From NCBI GenBank assembly GCA_963845085.1, contig CAWJQI010000001.1:1-64000 (forward strand): a DNA stretch of 64,000 nt. The letters are read 5' to 3'. Within the stretch, counting starts at the first letter, position 1. Each line of letters starts with the position of its first letter. The notes under the pieces are model-generated. The model had not been told where the DNA came from. It ran no database searches and was given only the letters and a program-made list of their open reading frames with translations. Both the position numbers and the translations under genes were made by a program. Below, one piece after another: positions 60,193 through 64,000 of the stretch. Source of the stretch: Candidatus Fermentibacterota bacterium. GTDB taxonomy: Bacteria; Fermentibacterota; Fermentibacteria; Fermentibacterales; JCC-6.

Positions 60193-61478
60193 AGCGTTTC
60201 CCTTCCGCGAATGCGAGAGCCTGGCTTATTGAATGGTCCATGTTGTTGTACCAGAACGAACCGCACCGGCCGAGAAGGATCAGGTTTCCGGGCAGCGCAA
60301 TCGAGGAAAGCCTTTCCCGGTAGCTTCTGTCATAGATGGGATAGGTTTCCCTGACCAGCCGCCAGTCCACGAATTCCACCTGGCTCTCCCTCAGGGCGCC
60401 GACGCTCGCGAGCTGGCCGAGCAGCCCGGCCTGTATGCCTTCAAGCCCCCCGGCGAGCCTCCCGTCGTCTACCGTTATCTCGACGCAGATGGAGTCGGCC
60501 CCCGCAGGCACGGTGTTCGAGCGGAAGTGCCTCGGTATCGTGGTCCTGCTGAAGGAGAGGTCTTCCTGGCCGAAGTAGCACCACTGGTAATCGTTCGATT
60601 CGTTCACTTCGCGGAGGCCGATGTTGGCCACGAGGGTGTGGATGAACGAGAAGCCGGCCCCGGGAAAAAGAAGGCTGAGCGGTGCGCTCCAGAAGACGCG
60701 GTCGGCCTCGAGAACGGCCCCTCCGCCCATTGTCACTCCCCGGACTTCGCCCCCGTCCTGAACGATACCCTCTGCGGGTATCCCGGTCATGAGAGCTCCT
60801 CCGGCCCTCTGCACAAGGCTGGACTGAATGTCACAAAAACTCTGTATCCCGCCTTCCGAAGGGTAGTAGAATATCGTGTGCACAGGCCTTGGCGCCAGCA
60901 TTCCGATGAACAGCGAGTAGAGCGTGTCGGCCTTCACACGCTTGTCGATCACGGCCCTGTTCACCCCTGCTTCGGCCCAGTCCGGGTGCATGAGCTCGGG
61001 GTCCATGCCGGCGAATTTCCGGGTGTACCCCTCGAAGAAGAAACGGTAGAGGTTGTCGCCGTAGCGGGAGCGGATGAAGTCGGCGAAGGAGTTCACCTCG
61101 CCCGCCGTCTTTCTCGAAAGCATGTCGCGCATGCTTCTGAGGAGGACGGACGGGGGCAGCCCGGCAAGCGAGGCCAGGGAAAGGGGCCAGTCCGCGGTAG
61201 CGTCCCGCCATGAAAACGCTGCTCTTCCTTGGAATGGTGATGTACCTTGTTCCAAGGATGTGCTTGAGATACGTGTCGACCTGTCCGTCGGCCGTGTGGA
61301 ACCTGTGGGGGCCTATGTCGAAATGAAAGCCTTCGATGGAAAAGGTTCGCGCGAGCCCGCCGGGGCTCTCCTCCCTCTCCACGATGACTATCTCGTCGGT
61401 GCACCCCTGCGAGAGAAGCCTTTCGGCAAGGGTGAGCCCCGCGACCCCGGCGCCCACTATCACGGTCCTACCGGTCAT
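60167..61478 (-). CDS. FAD-dependent oxidoreductase (protoporphyrinogen-oxidase/UDP-galactopyranose-mutase-like), frameshift at ~61195
   Basis: IVGAGVAGL, FDIGPHRF, FYYPSEGG, LGRCGSFWYNNMDHS. Confidence 0.8.
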
Positions 61479-62451
61479 TCGATCCCCCTCTGAAGCAGAG
61501 AAGATACAAACCGCCGAGGATCATGAGAAGAACCGCGAAAAGCATCCAGAGAAGGTGCATCGTGAAACCGGCCTGGATCACCCCGAGGCCGGGGGAAAGC
61601 TCGCCTGTGACACCCACGGCTGCAAAGCCGGCGGTCCAGCCGGCTTCCAGCGTCCCGAGGCCGAAGAGCCCGTGCACCGGCATGGCCAGTGTTGCGTCGG
61701 TTACGGCGCCGGCCACAAGGACCTTCCAGACCGGTTTGAAATCAACGCCCATCGACCTGAGAATGAAGACGAACATCACGAGCTTGAAACTCCAGGCGAG
61801 AAGGCTGAGGGCAAAGGATGCCGCCAGGCGGGAGCGCCTGCCTGCGCCGACCCTCACGGCCCTTGTCATGTTGTCGTATCCCGCCCTGAAGCGGCCGCCG
61901 AACAGAAGCTCGAAGGGCTTCCGCATGATTATGAAAAGCCTCGGGAGCAACAGGATGGAAAGCATTGATCCGATGCCGATCAGGGCCGCGGCAAGCGCGG
62001 TCGACCCGCTCAGCCCGCCCGCAACCGCGCAGCTGACCAGGGTGCCCATGGCGGCCATGTCAAGAAGCTTTGAGAGAACGACCGTTGCGGCGCCCCTTCC
62101 GATGGGAAGGCTGCCGTACAGCCGGAACAGCCCCACAAGCGCGGGGTCGGCAAGGCGAAGCGGAAGAAGGTGCCCCAGCCCCACATGCACGGCGTTCAGG
62201 GGGATGGTGTCGCTCATCGAAATGGGCTGCTCCCAGCTGAGCAGTTTCCAGCGCCACGCCCTGACGATCTGGCTTGCAATGAAAAGCGAAAGGGCCACGC
62301 CAAGAAGTGCCTTGTCCGCACTGGCTGCCGCCTGGACGATCCGGCGCACGGCCTCGCCCGGGTCACCTCCCCTGTTCAGGAGAAAAAAGGTCAGAACGCC
62401 CCCGGTGGCGACGGCAAGCATGATCCGAAGTGTTCTGCCTTCGATGCGCAA
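61468..62451 (-). CDS. Lysylphosphatidylglycerol-synthase TM / flippase-like membrane protein
   Basis: RAWRWKLL, HLLPLRLAD, PVHGLFGLGTLEAG; multiple TM helices; GGAGG plus TTG start. Confidence 0.8.
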   Translation of the reverse strand: MRIEGRTLRIMLAVATGGVLTFFLLNRGGDPGEAVRRIVQAAASADKALLGVALSLFIASQIVRAWRWKLLSWEQPISMSDTIPLNAVHVGLGHLLPLRLADPALVGLFRLYGSLPIGRGAATVVLSKLLDMAAMGTLVSCAVAGGLSGSTALAAALIGIGSMLSILLLPRLFIIMRKPFELLFGGRFRAGYDNMTRAVRVGAGRRSRLAASFALSLLAWSFKLVMFVFILRSMGVDFKPVWKVLVAGAVTDATLAMPVHGLFGLGTLEAGWTAGFAAVGVTGELSPGLGVIQAGFTMHLLWMLFAVLLMILGGLYLLCFRGGSNDR

Positions 62452-62518
62452 GATGCCTCCCGGGGTTGTGAAGCGGTAATATAGGCGTGGAAAGACCCCA
62501 CGCCTTCGTGATTCCGCG

Positions 62519-63364
62519 TCAGACGGCCTCGAGATCCCCAATGAGCTCGAAGAGGTACTCCCGGGACCAGTCCTTGAAAGCGGCCGGATTCGAAACAAAC
62601 GGGGCCGCCTCCTGCTTCGCCTTCACAATGTCAAGCGCCTTGACCTTGTTCAGAAGGCCGGTCTGGACCCTGTCGAGAGTGAGCTGAGCGGTCTCGTCAC
62701 AGAAATCCCCCGAGCTTCTGAGCCTTGCCTCGAGATTATCGAGGCGCACCTCGGGACAGGAGATGACGAACCACTCGAAATCGAACCAGTCCACGCCATT
62801 GGCTGTGGCCCTGTCCGAGAGGAGGGTGTGGATCTTCATCGCGAACGCATCGGGCAGCGAGACGGCGGGAACCGGGAAGGGAACGGGCCTCTGCAGGAAC
62901 TTCTCATCGGTGAGGAAGGCTGCCGCCGGGGCGGTGTCGACGTTGATCGGTATCCTGATGACCTTTCTGTAGTGGAAGCCTTCCACCACGGCATCGGGAG
63001 CGCCGATGTCCTGCATCAGCTTCCTGATGACACCCTTCACCATCACGCCTGCCGAGCCCTCCCTGCACATCTCGGCGCTGAGGCCGAAACGGGAGAGCTG
63101 CGCGGCAACTGAGTCAGCGTATTTCATCACCTGGAACGAGGGATCAGGCTTCCGGAGGCAGAAATCGAGGCTGTCGCAGGACCTCTGAAGCCCGTGAAGG
63201 ACCCTCAGGGCCGTTCCACCGAAGAATGCGGCCCTGTCGAAAAAGCCGCCTTCCCGAAGGCCAAGCAGGACGACCTCCTGCAGTATCTCCCTCAAAGCCT
63301 TCAGATAGTCGTCACCGCTTTCGCAGGCGTAATCCGCGAGCATACCCTTCACTGCATTGTGCAT
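62519..63364 (-). CDS. AbiEii/AbiGii nucleotidyltransferase-family protein (orphan)
   Basis: ALREILQEVVLLGL, FFGGTALRVLHGL.R..D.LDF, FAMKIH, DWFDFEW. Confidence 0.8.
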   Translation of the reverse strand: MHNAVKGMLADYACESGDDYLKALREILQEVVLLGLREGGFFDRAAFFGGTALRVLHGLQRSCDSLDFCLRKPDPSFQVMKYADSVAAQLSRFGLSAEMCREGSAGVMVKGVIRKLMQDIGAPDAVVEGFHYRKVIRIPINVDTAPAAAFLTDEKFLQRPVPFPVPAVSLPDAFAMKIHTLLSDRATANGVDWFDFEWFVISCPEVRLDNLEARLRSSGDFCDETAQLTLDRVQTGLLNKVKALDIVKAKQEAAPFVSNPAAFKDWSREYLFELIGDLEAV

Positions 63365-63448
63365 GGCGGCTCCTAACGTTACGGGTGTCAGTGTCACCGG
63401 TTGGAATGCAGATAATGCAGCAGTCTTGCCGCTTGTGCAATACCGGAA

Positions 63449-63475
63449 GGCCCCGGGCGCGTTCGCCCGGGGCCG
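63449..63475 (-). terminator. GC-rich hairpin after the peroxiredoxin gene
   Basis: GGCCCCGGGCG-CGTT-CGCCCGGGGCC perfect stem; only a short U tract. Confidence 0.55.
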
Positions 63476-63490
63476 TAAACGGTCCGCCCT

Positions 63491-64000
63491 CTACTTGGGC
63501 AGCTTCTTCAGGCAGAGGAACCAGTCGAGGCACTCGTAGTCGGCTCCCGCGCCCTTCACCCTCTCGTTGGCCGCATCGGTGGTGGGAGGCGGCGGAATGA
63601 TCACCTTGTCGCCGGGACGCCAGTCCGCGGGGGTTGCGACCTTGTACTTGTCCGAGGTCTGCATGGCCTGGAGCAGACGCTTCAGTTCGTCGAAATTGCG
63701 ACCGTTGGCGAGGGGGTAGTAGATCAATGCCCTGACCTTCGCATCGGGATCGATGAAGAAGACGGCCCTCACTGCCTGGGTGTCGCTCGCCCCGGGCTGC
63801 ACCATTCCGTACCTGTAGGCAACATCCATGGTGAGGTCGGCTATCACGGGGAAGTCGACCTTCATGCCCTTCATGCCGTTCCAGGCGATCTTCTCCTCGA
63901 TGGTGCGCAGCCAGGCAATGTGGCTGAAGTGGCTGTCGATGGAGAGCCCGATGAGTTCGCAGTTGAGTTCCCTGAACTCCTCCTGCATGCGGGCAAAGGT
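63491..64000 (-). CDS. Peroxiredoxin (Prx6/AhpC-type), 5' end outside the window
   Basis: IGLSIDSHFSHIAW, FPVIAD, VRAVFFIDP, YYPLANGRNFDE, TPADW. Confidence 0.92.
   Translation of the reverse strand, partial: TFARMQEEFRELNCELIGLSIDSHFSHIAWLRTIEEKIAWNGMKGMKVDFPVIADLTMDVAYRYGMVQPGASDTQAVRAVFFIDPDAKVRALIYYPLANGRNFDELKRLLQAMQTSDKYKVATPADWRPGDKVIIPPPPTTDAANERVKGAGADYECLDWFLCLKKLPK

Overview
The window has two parts: an accessory/defence island from about 1 to 52.3 kb and ordinary chromosomal genes from 52.3 to 64 kb. The chromosomal part holds an ester cyclase, a PHP-glycosyltransferase, a cobalamin-riboswitch-controlled TonB receptor locus, a PAS-GGDEF protein, a YbgA-like protein, an FAD oxidoreductase, a flippase-like protein, an orphan AbiEii and a peroxiredoxin. 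The C25 gingipain-like and T9SS-type tail proteins suggest an FCB-superphylum host (inference). From left to right the island contains: (1) a tandem array of modules (two near-identical double toxin-antitoxin blocks flanking a C25 peptidase operon), separated by a ~70 bp repeat made of a tRNA-3'-like end plus a terminator; (2) an intact IS3 element with CG termini; (3) a replication-protein mini-element and a broken UvrD gene; (4) a non-canonical DISARM-like operon (DUF1156-like DPPY methylase, DrmE-like, DrmA, DrmB); (5) a type III R-M system; (6) a resolvase/RadC/RecE-like/DUF932 mobile backbone carrying a nuclease-like membrane protein and a Sel1-repeat protein. The most striking element is a 5.9 kb six-gene operon (TIR-SLOG, TIR, Nmad2, thymidylate-synthase homolog, TIR, 5-hmdU-DNA-kinase-like/aGPT-PPlase1). 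It is bounded exactly like an integron gene cassette: a GTTGGGCGA core upstream, a complementary TCGCCCAAC and a 60 bp attC at the last stop codon, an upstream promoter, and no integrase in the window. Many genes between 14 and 62 kb carry single-base frameshifts, often in homopolymers, which are most likely assembly errors. All family calls come from motif recognition by eye; no database search was run.
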